A stretch of DNA of 64,000 nt, taken from assembly GCF_963921235.1 (NCBI RefSeq), contig NC_086097.1, positions 22,632,001 to 22,696,000 of the forward strand, written 5' to 3'. This stretch comes from Mobula hypostoma (lineage: Eukaryota). The number at the start of each line of letters is the position of its first letter. The stretch's first letter is position 1. The position numbers and the translations under genes are program-made. Shown here piece after piece: positions 25,393-38,019 of this stretch. The notes under the pieces were generated by a model, which worked only from the letters and a program-made list of their open reading frames with translations, did no database searches and was not told where the DNA came from.

Positions 25393-27099
25393 TAAATGCA
25401 TAAAAGAGAGCAAAATAGCGAAGTCATGGTCAGGGATTCGTGGACTGTTCAGAAGTCTGATGGCGGAGGGGTGGAAATGTGTCCTAAAACATTGAGTGTG
25501 CGTCTTCTGGCTCCTGTACCTCCTCTCTGACGGTAGAGGAGGGGGTTTGTCTCGGGCAGTGAGGGTCCTTAATGATAGATGCCGCAGTTTTGAGGCATTG
25601 CCTTTTGAAGAGGTCCTCAATGTGGGGTAGCTTGTGCCCGTGATGGAGCTGGTTGAGCCTGAACCTGCTGCATCTTTATCAGACCCCGTACTTTGGCGCC
25701 TCCATACCAGACAATGATGCAGACAGATTGATGTATAAAGGCGGAAAAGAGTTGACAACACCGGCAGATCAGTCAGCATCTTTGGAAGGCCAAAGCTGAG
25801 TCAATGTTTCGGGTCCAAGAAGTTCCGTTAGTGTTGTGTTTCTTTTTCCACAGATTCTGCAAGACCCACTGAATGTCTCCGTCATTTACAATTCTTACTT
25901 CAAATTTCCAGCATCTGTGTATTTTTTTCAGGTGGAACCAGGTGGTGTGTGACAGTGGTCTTGCCCATGGTGCATCAGTGAATGTCTTTAATGTTCAAAA
26001 TATTGTTAGTTGAAGTGTGGTGAGTAGGAAACCAATAGCTAGAATATGTAGGTATGTAAATAGCATTCTGAATGATTGGGATAACCATGCATTTTCTCTG
26101 AAAGTATCTAGAATACATGCAATACAGAGAGGTTCACCAAAACATTTGAAGACAAATTGATTAACTCACTGATTATTTTCCAGGGCACTTTAACACCCAT
26201 TATTTTCAATAGAGTCAAGAGTCATGGAACACTTCAGCTCTGAAGCAAGCCCTTTGGCTCATCTAGTCTGTGCCAAACTATTAACCTGCTTAGACCCATT
26301 GACCTGCATCTGGACCATAGCCTTCCATGCCCCTCTCATCCATGTACCTATCCAAATTTCTCTTAAATGTTGAAATTGACCCCGCATACATTGCCCCACA
26401 CTTTCCAAGTTAGGCCGCACAAATGTGTTATACAATTTGAACATAACATCCCAACTCCTGTCCTCAATACGTTGATTTATAAAGGAATATCAATGGCTGA
26501 CAAGTATTGCGTAAATGTCTGTAACTGAAAGGAGAGCTGAAATTTTATCCAGAGGTTCCATACATTTTGTCAGTGGTGGTTTTAAGCCGAAAAAAAACTT
26601 AAACCACTTACTTCAGAATCAGAACCAGGTTCATTGTCATGGACGTACGTCATGACATTTGTTGTTTAGTGGCAGCAGTGCTGTGCAAGGGAAAAAAAAA
26701 TTACAATTGAAAATAAACAAGTAAATTAATAAATAGTGAAAAAGAAAAAGGTTGTTTGCATGGCCCTTTCAGAGATCTGATGTCAGAGGGGATGTAGCTG
26801 TTCCTAAAACATTCAGTGTAGGTCTTCAGGCTCCTGTAACTCCTTCTGAGGGCATGTGACAAATGGTGAGGATCCTTAGTGATGGAGGCCGTCAGCTCGA
26901 GGTGGCGCCTTTTGAAGATTTATTTCTACATTAAAAGTTGCTAGAGGAGTGTTTCACATTAGAAAAACGCAGAGTGGCTTCACATACCTTACCCATGAGG
27001 CAGTGTGGTACGCTGAAAAGGAGACATTGGAGTTGGCCAATAAACCACTCACGTCGTTTCATTGGACACTGTTGAATCTGTCCAATGGGAATAGTATGG

Positions 27100-27525
27100 G
27101 AAGGGAACTGTACCTCCCTTAATCGCAGGACTCTGCAGAGTGGTGCGGACAGCCCAATGCATCTGTAGTTGCAAAATTCCCATGATTCAGGACATTTACA
27201 AGGACAGGTGTATAAAAAGGACCCGAAAGATCATTGGGGAACTGAGTCACCCCAACCACAATCTACCCCAGCTGCTACCATCCGGGAAGTGGTACCACAG
27301 CATAAAAGGCAGGACCAACAGGCTCCGGGACAGTTTCGTCCCCCAGGCCATCAGACTGATTAATTCATGCTGATTTGAGTGTACTCTATATTACATTGAC
27401 TGTTCTAGTTATTATAAATTATTATAAATTACTGCAATTGCACATTGCCATTTAGACAGAGACGTAACGTAAAGAGTTTTACTCCTAGTGTTTGTGAAGG
27501 ATGTAAGAAATATAGTCAATTCAAT
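27100..27525 (+). mobile_element. Rex-Babar-type 3' end
   Basis: Reverse complement of 24320-24745; LLPSGK.Y.SIK.RTNRLRDSF.PQAIRL. Confidence 0.85.
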
Positions 27526-28419
27526 CTGAAACTCAGCTCTTGAAAGTATGACTTATTGATTGATCCAACAACCATATCTTTTAGTCGTGTGTTCAGCGTT
27601 TCTTTATCTGGAAAGTGCATTCCCAGACTTCACTGCTAATTGGTCTAACTTCAGTGTAGGGATTATGCTCTCTTTTGGATTCCTTCAATAGGAACATTTC
27701 CTGTCGGTATTTCCCTTGCTTAAAATGTTATGAGGATTCAATATGTCAGATTGATCTTTCCTCTATCTTCTAAGCCCAAGAGAAAACAAATAAAAACAGG
27801 AAGTGCTGTATATACTTAGTAGGTCAGGCCCATCTGGGATAAAGAAACACAGTTAATGTTTCAATTCAATGAAAGTAAAAGATGTACAAAGGGCAACTGG
27901 AGTGAAAGTTAATTGTTGCTTTCAGTAGATGCCAGGGAGGCTTCTGAATATTCCCAAAACTTCATTTCTATCAGATTTTTTAAGAGAATATAAATTTGGT
28001 CCGTTCAGTCTGCCTTCGTAACATCATCCTTTAAGTCCTGCTGTCAGTGTGGTAAATTTGCGTATTCAAGGGCGTTATGTCTTCCGGCAGCCTTGCTGCC
28101 CCAAGTTAAACATATGACACACCTTAGCTTATGACCGAAGCTTTGTGCAGCTGATCTTAACCTTCAACATTTTTAAAATTTCTGACCACTCAGCACAAAT
28201 GCCAACAACAAAAAGAGCGTTTCCATGTGAAGTTAAAGATACAATTACATTCATGACAGCTGTGGCAGGGTTTCCTCCTATAGGGCAAACTTAACAGTAT
28301 AGATGGCAGTGATGCTTCACTCCTGATGAGCTCAGTGCCTCTTGTGCATTATTTGAGAGGGAAAATAATTATACCTGTGCCAATCCCCACAGCATCCGGT
28401 GGCTCTGTGACCTCTGTCT

Positions 28420-28830
28420 CAAGAAGGTGAAACCACAAGGTCATTGGAAACTCTGGGAGTCTGTGAATGTGCCTCCATGTTTTGATGGTCAACTCGAGCA
28501 TAAAAGGCCATTAAGCACACCTGGGGGCAAAGCCTTGTTGTCACCTATGTTGCTTGGATTTCAGTTTGTCGGAGATCATAACATTAAAGCCCTGCCACAG
28601 CTGCTGAGCATCCTGCAGTGACTCAAGTTTGATCAGGAAATGTCACTTTGTACGTGAGATGACTTTCCAGAGATTGCACCTGGACCTCATATTTTTAACC
28701 TGGTCGCCAGACCTGAATGTCACTGATCTGGCTCTCAGCAGGTTGCAGATCTCATGGTCCATCCAGGGCTTCTGTTTACTGAAGACTTTGAATGATTTTG
28801 TGAGGACACATTTGTCTATGACTCACAAAT
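28420..28830 (-). mobile_element. Old Rex-Babar-type LINE fragment (linker between endonuclease and RT)
   Basis: Minus translation KSFKVFSKQKPWMDHEICNLLRARS..FRSGD. Confidence 0.65.
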
Positions 28831-29084
28831 GCTCCAGACCTGTGAAGGAAGCGTGAATGGAACTTTCCTGCAAACTTCTGCTGTGAATTGCTGCTTGTGG
28901 CAATGTGCATCTTAAAAAATTATGTCCCCTGAGGTGGCCATGTTGTTATATAGACAGACCAGATGAAGACTTGTCAGCTTCTGATTTTACCAGATACCAA
29001 TTCCATAAGGACTTTGAAAGCCTTTACCTGTTTTGACATTAAGAATCCTTAAAATTCTATTCAAAATCAATTGGAGAGTGAGAG

Positions 29085-29360
29085 ATTAGCTTTATTTACC
29101 CAGTGTACATCGAAACATGCAATGAAATGTGTCCTCTGAGTTGAGAATGTGTTGGTACAGCCCGCAAGTGTCGCCATGCTTCTGGTGCAAGCATCGTATG
29201 CCCGCATCTTACTAACCCTAACCCCATGTCTTTTTTTGAATGTGAGAGGAAATTGGAGCACTTCGAGGAAACCCACATGGTCATGAGGGTCCTTACAGAC
29301 AGCAGAGAGATCTGAACCCTGATCATACAGCTGGCATTGTGATAGCGTGACACTGACTGC
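29085..29360 (-). mobile_element. V-domain SINE
   Basis: Homologous to 40195-40502, 50355-50632 and 55273-55602. Confidence 0.75.
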
Positions 29361-29544
29361 TCATGCCTGTGTCACCTCACCCTTTGGCATGCTTTTATAT
29401 TGTTTTGTCACATTCCCAGTCCACGGTTTTTCTGTTTCCACTTTCAGATAATGAAAGTTAGTGAAAAGAGAAGTACTTTCAAGTTGATAGACTGATAATT
29501 GAAGGAAAAATTGTTAAAGACTGAGCTCGAAATGTCCATAATTC

Positions 29545-30202
29545 CAATGAATCGCCATGACTGTGGACTTCAGGAAAGGTAAGACGAAGGAACACATACC
29601 AATCCACATTGAGGGATCAGAAGTGGAGAGAGTGAGCAGTTTCAAGTTCCTGGGTGTCAAGATCTCTGGTCCCAACATATCGATGTGGTTATAAAGAAGG
29701 CAAGACAGCGACTATACTTCATGAGGAGTTTGAAGAGATTTAGTATGTCAACAAATACACTCAGAAACTTCTATAGACGTACCCTGGAGAGCATTCTGAC
29801 AGGCTGCATCACTGTCTGGTATGGGGGGCTATTGCACACAACTGAAAGAAACTGCAGAGGGTCTCAGAAAGGCAGCATCCATTATTAAGGTCCTCCAGCA
29901 CCCAGGGCATGTCCTTTTCTCACTGTTACCATCAGGTAGGAGGTACAGAAGCCTGAAGGCACACACTCAGCAATTCAGGAACAGCTTCTTCCCCTCTGCC
30001 ATTCAATTCCTATGAACACTACTTCACTTTTTTACGATATATTTCTGAGTTTTTCACAATTTTTAATCTATTCAATATACACATACTGTAATTGATTTAC
30101 TTATTTGTTATTATTATTATTATTCTATATTATGTATTGCATTGAACTGCCACTGTTAACAAATTTCACGTCACATGCCAGTGATAATAAACCTGATTCT
30201 GA
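29545..30202 (+). mobile_element. Rex-Babar-type 3' fragment with internal deletion
   Basis: KKARQRLYFMRSL, ESILTGCITVWYG, LLPSGRRYRSLK; AATAAACCTGATTCTGAT tail. Confidence 0.88.
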
Positions 30203-30224
30203 TCCTCACCCTGTTGCAGTACAT

Positions 30225-30530
30225 GCGTCTGAAAACTAGGCTATCCACTGCACCTCAAGGCACTAGAAAGATACCATCGCTACAGCATCTGCAAGATCTT
30301 CAAGTCCATAGAAAAGATAAGCAAATGAACATCAGCACCCACTCCCAGGTCTAAAAACCTACATTGAAGTCTAGGAAGAAGTTATCATGTGACCCGAGGA
30401 AATGTTGCAAGGATGTGCTCAAAAATGTCTACTTGCGAAAAGGCAACATCCTCATGGACCTCTGAGAGTCCTTGGCCACGATCAGAGAATCTAACTTTGA
30501 TATGGTTTTCAGAACCTCAGGTCCATGTGG
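30225..30530 (+). mobile_element. Highly degraded RTE-type LINE fragment
   Basis: HLKALERYHRYSICKI resembles RTE RT C-terminal HLK.LE..HQRCLRKI. Confidence 0.5.
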
Positions 30531-31080
30531 AAATGGTTAAAAAAAAAGTGCGGTAATCCAGAAACTACCATCTCACCCACTCTATTTAGCAACTTTGTCC
30601 CTGTTCAGAGAAGAATTTATGTTTTCCACATTAGTATCATCCATCTCCTCAAAGCCCACAAATCATGGGGGATTTCCTAAGAAGAATAACAGCTTGATGC
30701 TTGAGATTTGAATACAGGAACAAAATAAAATCTAAAATTGCTTGAAATAATTAGCAACTTGCAAACAAAGCCTATCATCCGCATCTGCTGTCTGCGTATT
30801 TACATTTTCTTATTGTATCTCAGGCTTCCAATGCCTGCAACAATTTTGTTTTTTGACAGTCTTGTTTTGCTGATTTAAACTAAAATAAATTGCATTTAAT
30901 TTCAATGTCTTAATTAAATAAATGCAGAAGATTAGTTTCTTTATCTAGCTAGGTTGTAAGAAATGATGCCTTATCATTAAACACTTCATGCCCCACTTCC
31001 TCTTAAATTTAGCTTGGTCTTTGAATCAAAACCACACATAAATTTGACATTCTGCCAAGTAGTAAGCTTAGTCATATTTG

Positions 31081-31583
31081 CACTCAGTGACCACTTGTTA
31101 GGTATACTTGTACACTTGCTTGGTAATGCAAGTATCTAACCAGACAGTCATGTGGCTGCAACTCAGTGTAAAATGTATGCAGACGTGGTCAAGAGGTTCT
31201 GTTGTTGTTCAGACCAAACATCAGAATGGGGAAGAAATGCGATCCAAGTGACTTCGACTGTAGAATAATTGCTGGTGTCAGATGGGGTAGTTGAGTATCT
31301 CAGAGCCTACTGATCTGAAGGGATTTTCACACACAGCAGTGGGCAAAAATATCTTGTTAATGAGAGAGGTCAGAGGGGAATGGCCAGCCTGCTTCAAGCA
31401 GACAGGAAGGTGCTAGAAATTCAGATAACCTCACCGTACACCAGTGGTGTCCTGAAGAGCATCTCTGAGTGCACAGCATGTCAATTCTTAAAGTGGATGG
31501 TCTACAGCAGCAGAAGACCATGAACATACACTCAATGACCACTTCTTCTTACGTTCAGAGGGGATTAAAGTGGCCACTGAGTG
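31081..31583 (+). mobile_element. Internally deleted Tc1-like transposon
   Basis: TIRs CACTCAGTGACCACTT / AAGTGGCCACTGAGTG; degenerate transposase N-terminus MGKKCDPSDFDCRIIAGVR at 31227. Confidence 0.85.
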
Positions 31584-32194
31584 TCTGATCTGAATGACTG
31601 CTTAAAAAGCTGTGTGGTTATGCTACTAACCTAAGCTGCTTCCTGAGTAAAACAATGGAAGACATTTCAAAATGGAAAGATGCATTATATCACAAAGGCA
31701 TAAATCAGTCAATACTGTGTAAGAGAAAGGACAGAAAGAAAAACAGACATGCTGTGGCAGCAAGATTTTTTTTACTGAACAAAGAGTGTTAGTGAATACA
31801 AAAGGCCTTTCTCCATTGTAGGAGGCAACTAAGAGGTCTATCTGAAAGCATCATCCATCACATTTGAAGGAATAAGGCACTATGAGCCCATTCCATTTAG
31901 TTTTGCTGTGGCTATCTGACTTTCAAAGTTAATTGCTTTTAAGTGGTGCTGCTTGCTTCAGGATGAAGCTGCAAATTGTTGTTTTATTCTTTTCTCTCCC
32001 AATATGAAAGTTCAAAAGCATTCACTCCTTACAGCTCTTTGTTCAAGTTTAATTGTCATTCAACCATATACCAGCTGAACGAAACACCCTTTCTCTGGGG
32101 CCAAGGTGCAAAACACGGTATTTACAATCACACACAGTAGACAGCACATATAGTTATGAAAGCACATACAGTCACAAAATCATGTCAGCACAAG

Positions 32195-32512
32195 TCCCTG
32201 AACTCCAAGAAGACCACAACCTTGTCATTGTTTGGAGGCTTGTATGCCTCAGTGACCAGGGAAGCTATGTTGGCTGGAATCAGGGCTTTATGCTTTTCTC
32301 TTGGTCGGGTCACCCATGCCAAACAGGTAAAAGGGTAGAGGCCAGAAAAATAATGGTCCACTGGTCTTCTAGGTTTGCGGGTTCAGCTCAGGGCTAACGA
32401 CCCTGACTGCCCAAACAAAACTGTTATGGAAACAACAATGAAGAATCCTTCTACATACCAAAGGCAGACAGAGAGGAAGGACCTTCAGTGCTGCCCTAAA
32501 GTGTCATGGCCT
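32195..32512 (+). mobile_element. Short interspersed repeat resembling an RTE 5' region (second copy about 62000-62400, minus strand)
   Basis: Shared GGGTCACCCATGCCAAACAGG...GGGTAGA..CCAGA block in both copies. Confidence 0.65.
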
Positions 32513-32519
32513 GAAGATT

Positions 32520-32680
32520 GTTGGTGCATGGAATATTGTTTTGGAGCCATGTTTCTGCAAGAACAAGCACGCAGCAGCTCCTCATCTCACACTGTATCAG
32601 CCGCAGAAGAAGGCAATCCAACTTGTCTTCCAGAGTGCGAACACCGGAGAACAGCACTTGATAACTTGGAGTTGGAAGTA
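32520..32680 (-). mobile_element. AP-endonuclease N-terminal fragment of a Rex-Babar-type LINE
   Basis: Minus translation VRTLEDKLDCLLLRLIQCEMRSCCVLVLAETWLQNNIP. Confidence 0.7.
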
Positions 32681-33234
32681 GGAACTTTCATTTATAAAGT
32701 TACTTTCTTGATCTGAATGTCAGATTCAGATTCATTTTTTTTATCACAAGTACACCAAAATATACAGTGCAATGCATTCTTTGTGTTAACAACCAATATA
32801 ACTTAAGGATGTGCTGGGGACAGCCTGCAAGTGTCGTCATGTATTTCAGCGCCAACATAGCATGCTCTGCTTGTCCTGAAGCTGTTTTCAGACCAAAAAG
32901 TACTTATGACATGACTAATATTGCAATGCAGTAAATGAAACAATTCAGACTGCACAAACTGTAAACAGAAAATGCCATCGGAGAGTCTAAAGTTCAAGGC
33001 CTAGTGGACTGTGGTGATATGTCCTTCGATTGATGGTTGCCAAGGATCGAGGCCCGAGGATCAAATTGTAAGTCCTAGGAAGCTGAGGCCCTTTGCTGGA
33101 GCTAAGTCTGTGAATCTCTGTGAGTCTGCTGATGAAATTAAAGCCCAATATCTGCAAATCCAAATCTGCTGGAGGCCGAAAACCTTTCCTGGGGTTAAGG
33201 ACTTGTTCTGCTGTTGTTGTTTGGTTGCTTTTGT

Positions 33235-34040
33235 GTTTCAAAGGTACATTTAATGTCAGAGAAATGTATACAATATACATCCTGAAATGCTTTTGCTTCC
33301 CAACCATCCACAAAAACAGAGGAGTGCCCCCAAAGAATGAATGACAGTTAAATGTTAGAACCCCAATGTCCCCCCAGCTCCCCCCTCCCACATGTAAATG
33401 GCAGCAAGCAACAATCCCCCTCCCTCCAGCAAAAAGAAGCATTGGCACCCGCCACCGAGCACTCAAGTGTGAACAAAGCAACAGTAAAGACACAGACTGG
33501 CAGTTATCCCAAAGACTACATTGTTCACCCGGTCTTCGACATACCACAGGCTCTCTGCCTAAGAAGGAAGAAAGATGTGTCTCTGTTTCACAGCGAGTGG
33601 GGAGACATAACAAACAACTCACTGGTTTACGACGTTAAAGTCCATTACATTGCTTTCTTCGAGCTCTGTGCCCAAAGATCTCGAGTCTCTGGGCACACGG
33701 CCGTAGATCTTCCAAATCCCCTGACGACACATGGGTGTCCTGCCGTGACACCGACCTTCGATCCACCCGTCTCCAGAGCCCGGAGATCCTAGGCCTCCAA
33801 AGGCGAGCCAAGATCTTAGGCCGAGCCCGTGGTGTGCCGAACAACGGCCAGTTATGAACCCTTGAGAACGAGTTCCATTCCTGCAAAGAAATGTAGTCAG
33901 CGTGTAACCCCAGGGCGGGGTCTTCAAAAGAACCCTGAAAGGGAAAAATAGAGATATTAAGGATGGAAATGGAGCTGTTTCCAAAGATGCAAGCAGAGGA
34001 GTCGCTGTTTAGCGCCATCGTCACTTCGCTCCGCCACCAG
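33235..34040 (-). mobile_element. Non-coding, probably non-autonomous retroelement
   Basis: CpG-rich head with GATGGCG, ends ATTAAATGTACCTTTGAAAC; tail related to 47318-47560. Confidence 0.55.
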
Positions 34041-34048
34041 TTTCGGGC

Positions 34049-34249
34049 ATCAGTCCTCGAAGATGTCCTGGTTGCTCCTCAAGTCACAGAAAGTTGTGAA
34101 CATTATGTTTCTTTCTCCACAGAACGCTGTCTGACCTGCCAAGTGTTTTTGGCAATTTCTTTTTTTTTACTTCACACTTTCAGCATCTGCAGTTTTTTTT
34201 TTGAGTTTTAAGCTAAAAGAGATCTTGGGTTCCTGGCCAGTTTCTTCAT
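34049..34249 (+). repeat. About 200-bp direct duplication, partner at 42155-42355
   Basis: Near-identical sequences with only a few substitutions. Confidence 0.95.
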
Positions 34250-34794
34250 TTTCAAAGGTTTTCAAAGATTCTGTGTTTTTCTGCCAAGCAATGTGGGCCT
34301 GTTATGTTGGTGCCGAGAAGGATACTGGTGGGCCGCCCTCAACACATTCTTGGGTGTGTTGGTTGTTTACACAAATGATGCATTTCACTGTTGTTTCAAT
34401 GTACAAGTGAAAAATAAACTTTAATCTTGAAAATTGAATCCATGTGGTAATGAACAGTTAACCTGTTAACCAAGAGGTGACTGGGCAAATCTCTTGGAAT
34501 TGGAGCCATGAAATGACTTTATTGTCCATCTCCAAATGCAATAGGCCAATAAGCAGTCCGCTATATGGACTGAGTGGAGTCAAGCAGCGTCTATGGGGTT
34601 AAGGAACTGTTAATGTTTTTGTGTCAAAACTCTGCATCAGGACGTGAGGAATTTGATGGACCATGTAGATTAGTAGTTCCACCTGGGGTATTTCCTTGCG
34701 ATCAGAGGTGGAGAGGGTCAGTAACTTTAAATTAACATTATCTCAAAGTTTCTCTGAGTTCTCAGCATCTGTCCTGAGACCAGCATGTAAATAC

Positions 34795-35415
34795 CATTAG
34801 ATTAGATTAGATTAGATTATGAGGACACGCAATCCTCTTTTATTGTAATTTAGTAATGCATGCATTAAGAAATGATACAATGTTTTTCCAGAATGATATC
34901 ACAGAAACACATGACAAACTGACTTAAAAACTAACAAAAACCACATAATTATAACATATAGTTACAACAGTGCAAAGCAATAACATAATTTGATAAGAAC
35001 AGATCATGAGCACAGTAAAAAGTCTCAAAGTCTCTCGAAAGTCCCATCATCTCACCCAGACGGTGAACCTCCAGCACCGCAAACTTGCTGATGCAGCATC
35101 CTGGAAGCATCCGACCACAGTCCCACTCCGAGTCTGTCCGAAAACTCCGAGCCTCCGACCAGCTCTCCGACACCGAGCACCGAGCACCATCTCTGCCGAG
35201 TGCTTCAACCCCGGCCCCGGCAACAGGCAATAGGCAAAGCCGAGGATTTGGGGCCTTCCCAAGATTCTCGATCGCACAGTAGCAGCGGCAGCGAAGCGGG
35301 CATTTCAGAAGTTTCTCCAGGTGTTCCTCTGTGCTTCTCATGGCTGTCTCCATCAAATCAGGATTGTGCATGGCATCCTAGTTAACACATATCAATAACA
35401 TTCGGAATGGCTGCA
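34795..35415 (-). mobile_element. Non-coding retroelement with (CTAAT)n tail inserted into a Rex-Babar fragment (34706-35820)
   Basis: (ATTAG)n at 34796-34820, CpG-rich body; Rex-like coding remnant on both flanks. Confidence 0.6.
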
Positions 35416-36414
35416 AAGAATACAAAGAATACATGGCAAAGTCTCTACTTTCTGAAGATTTTATGCAGATATTGCATATCTGATTTGGCATATCATCTAA
35501 AATTTTAACAAACTTCCATAAATGCACGGAGGAGATTATCCTGACTGTTGCATCATGGTCTGGTGTGGAAACGCGAATGTCCTTGAAAGGAAAAGCCTAC
35601 AAAAAGTCAAACAACAGGAATTCTGCAGATGCTGTTGCCTACAAAAAGTGTTGGATACAGCTCAGTTCCATCACAGGAAGTAAACTCTCCCCCTCATTGA
35701 GCACATCCACCATGCTCTCTACTTGCTACTGCCATCAGGAAGGAGGTACAGGAGCCTCAGGGACCCACACACCACCAGGTTCAGGAACACTTATTACCCT
35801 TCAACCATCAGGCTCCTGAACCAGTGTGGATAACTTCACTCACCTCAACTCCAAACTAAATCCACAAACTGGACTCACTTTCAAGGACTTCACAAGTCAT
35901 ATTCTCAGTATTATTTATTTATTTGTTTCACTTTGTACTTGCACAATTTGTGTAGTTTTTCATTGGCTCTATTGTATTTCTATTGTGAATGCCTGCAAGA
36001 AAACAAATCTCTAGGTAGTATATGGTGACAGCTATGCTCGTTGATAATAAACTTAATTTTAATTTTAAACTTTGATTTGCTTTCACTCCAGTCCTTGGGT
36101 GGCTGATGAGGCCTGTTGGACAAATGGAGATGACAGTTTTTACCAATAATGCTGCAAAATTTCCTCAAGAAGCGAAAAGATGTTTATTATCCACTTTATT
36201 TTCTGAGGTTGCCTCAATGGATTTTACTGTGTAGATAAGCCTGCCAATCATTTTGCAAGATCTATTGGGTTAAAAATTATTTCAAGTAGCACACCAGAGG
36301 AGGTTAATCAAACACCTAACCTCTAAAGAGTATTGTGTACTTAGTGTTCAGTTCTCATCGGCCATCTGCTTTTCTCAAGAAGGCACTTGACATGTAGGGT
36401 AACAAAAGAATATA

Positions 36415-37259
36415 CAGGTGCACTTTCCTTTATCCAAAATTCTGAAATCCAAAAAGCTCCAAAATCCGAAGTTTTTTCCGCCAACAGCTGATGTCACTCA
36501 GGTGCGATGTGGCAGCACTAGCAGAGGCCGCCAGACGTTGGTTGTGGCTCGGCGCTCGTACTGGTTACACGTGCATTTGCTGTTTGCTGATATTTTGTGT
36601 TCACTGTTGACTTTGTGTTTAATTTCACTGTGAAAATGTCAAAAAGAGCTGCGGATACCCCTATGGGTATCAGCGAGGAAAAGAGAAGGAAGCATATACC
36701 ATTATCAATAATGCAGAAAGTAGAGTTATTGCAGAAGCTTGATTGTGGTGTGCGATGTCTTACTGAAGAAAATAGTGTCGGAACTACCACTGAATATGAT
36801 TTAAATAAACAGAAAGATAAGTTACTGAAGTTTTATAGTGAGAGTGACAGTGACATTGACATTCTACATTTATTCCAATAAGTCATTTACCATGTGTTTG
36901 ATTCGGTTCATTTGAAGCCGTATATTTTTATGTTTTATTGAATGTTTTTGTTGAAAATAAAATTTCTTCTTGTCATTATTCCCTAAACAATACAGTATAA
37001 CAACTATTTACATAGCATTTACATTGTATTAGGTATTATAAGTAATCCAGAGATGATTTAAAGTATACGGGAGGATGTGCGTAGGGTTGGTGTGCCGCCG
37101 GGTCCTAAAGTCCACCCGCACTGAGACCGGTTAAATAAGGGACTTGAGCATATGTGTTTTTTTGGTTTGGGGGGGTGGGGGGTGGTCTGAAATCCGAAAA
37201 ATTCTGAATTCCGAAATGCAACTGGCCCCAAGGATTTCGGATAAGGGATTGTGGACCTG
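36415..37259 (+). mobile_element. Internally deleted pogo/Tigger (Tigger4/Zombi-like) transposon
   Basis: TA on both sides; TIRs CAGGTGCACTTTCCTTTATCC / GGATAAGGGATTGTGGACCTG; HTH-psq N-terminus MSKRAADTPMG...QKVELLQKLD...YDLNKQKDKLLKFY at 36636-36850. Confidence 0.9.
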
Positions 37260-37694
37260 TACTTCCCATAGGGACAATACAGCGAAGGTTCAGCAGATTA
37301 ATTCTGCATGTGAAAAGACCATAAAGTATAGAAGCAGAATTAGGCCACTTGGCCCGTCAAGTTTTCGCCACAGAGGATGAAGTATGTATTCACTAGAACA
37401 TAAAAGATTGATAGAGGATATAGCTGACGCTCCCAAAATTATTACAAGACCAGATATACTGTATGTGGGGAGGATGTCTCCCCTGGCTGGGTTGTCTAGA
37501 ATGAGGGACTAAATTTTGCAGGTGTGAACAGCAAGGTAGAGGTGGAGGGAAAAGAGGAAGGGGAGTTGAATTTCTGATGAAGGAGAAAATTACAAAAATA
37601 GTCCAAAATGAAATTATTGAAGTATTGTCTGGTGAGGCTTTGTAGGTGAAGCTGGGAAGTAAGATGGTGTTGATCACCCTTGTTAGGATTCCAC

Positions 37695-37995
37695 AGTAGC
37701 ATAGTGATTAGTGCAATCACTTTGCAGTGCCAGTGATCACTGGCCAGGGTTCGATTCCCATCCTGCCTGTAAGAAGTTTGTACATTCTTCCCTCGACCGT
37801 GTGGGTTTCCTTCGGTTGCTTCAGCTTGCGCCCACATTTCAGCAATGTACAGTTAGGATTAGTGAGTTATGGGTGTGTTATGTTACTGCCGGACGAGTGG
37901 CTTCACTTCAGGGCACATTTCTCACACAATCCTTGGACTGTATTGGTCAATGATGCATTTCAGTGTGTGTTTCAATGTGCATGTGACAAATAAAT
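37695..37995 (+). mobile_element. V-domain SINE
   Basis: A box TAGCATAGTGA, B box GGTTCGATTCC, V core. Confidence 0.8.
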
Positions 37996-38019
37996 CCAAA
38001 CTTCGACTTTATCTTTACA

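Noticed and set aside
25054..25779. 241-aa ORF
   Set aside because: Chance read-through across Penelope and two Rex fragments, mostly out of frame
32375..32716. Exon-like plus-strand ORF
   Set aside because: The opposite strand explains it as a LINE endonuclease fragment next to an RTE-like repeat
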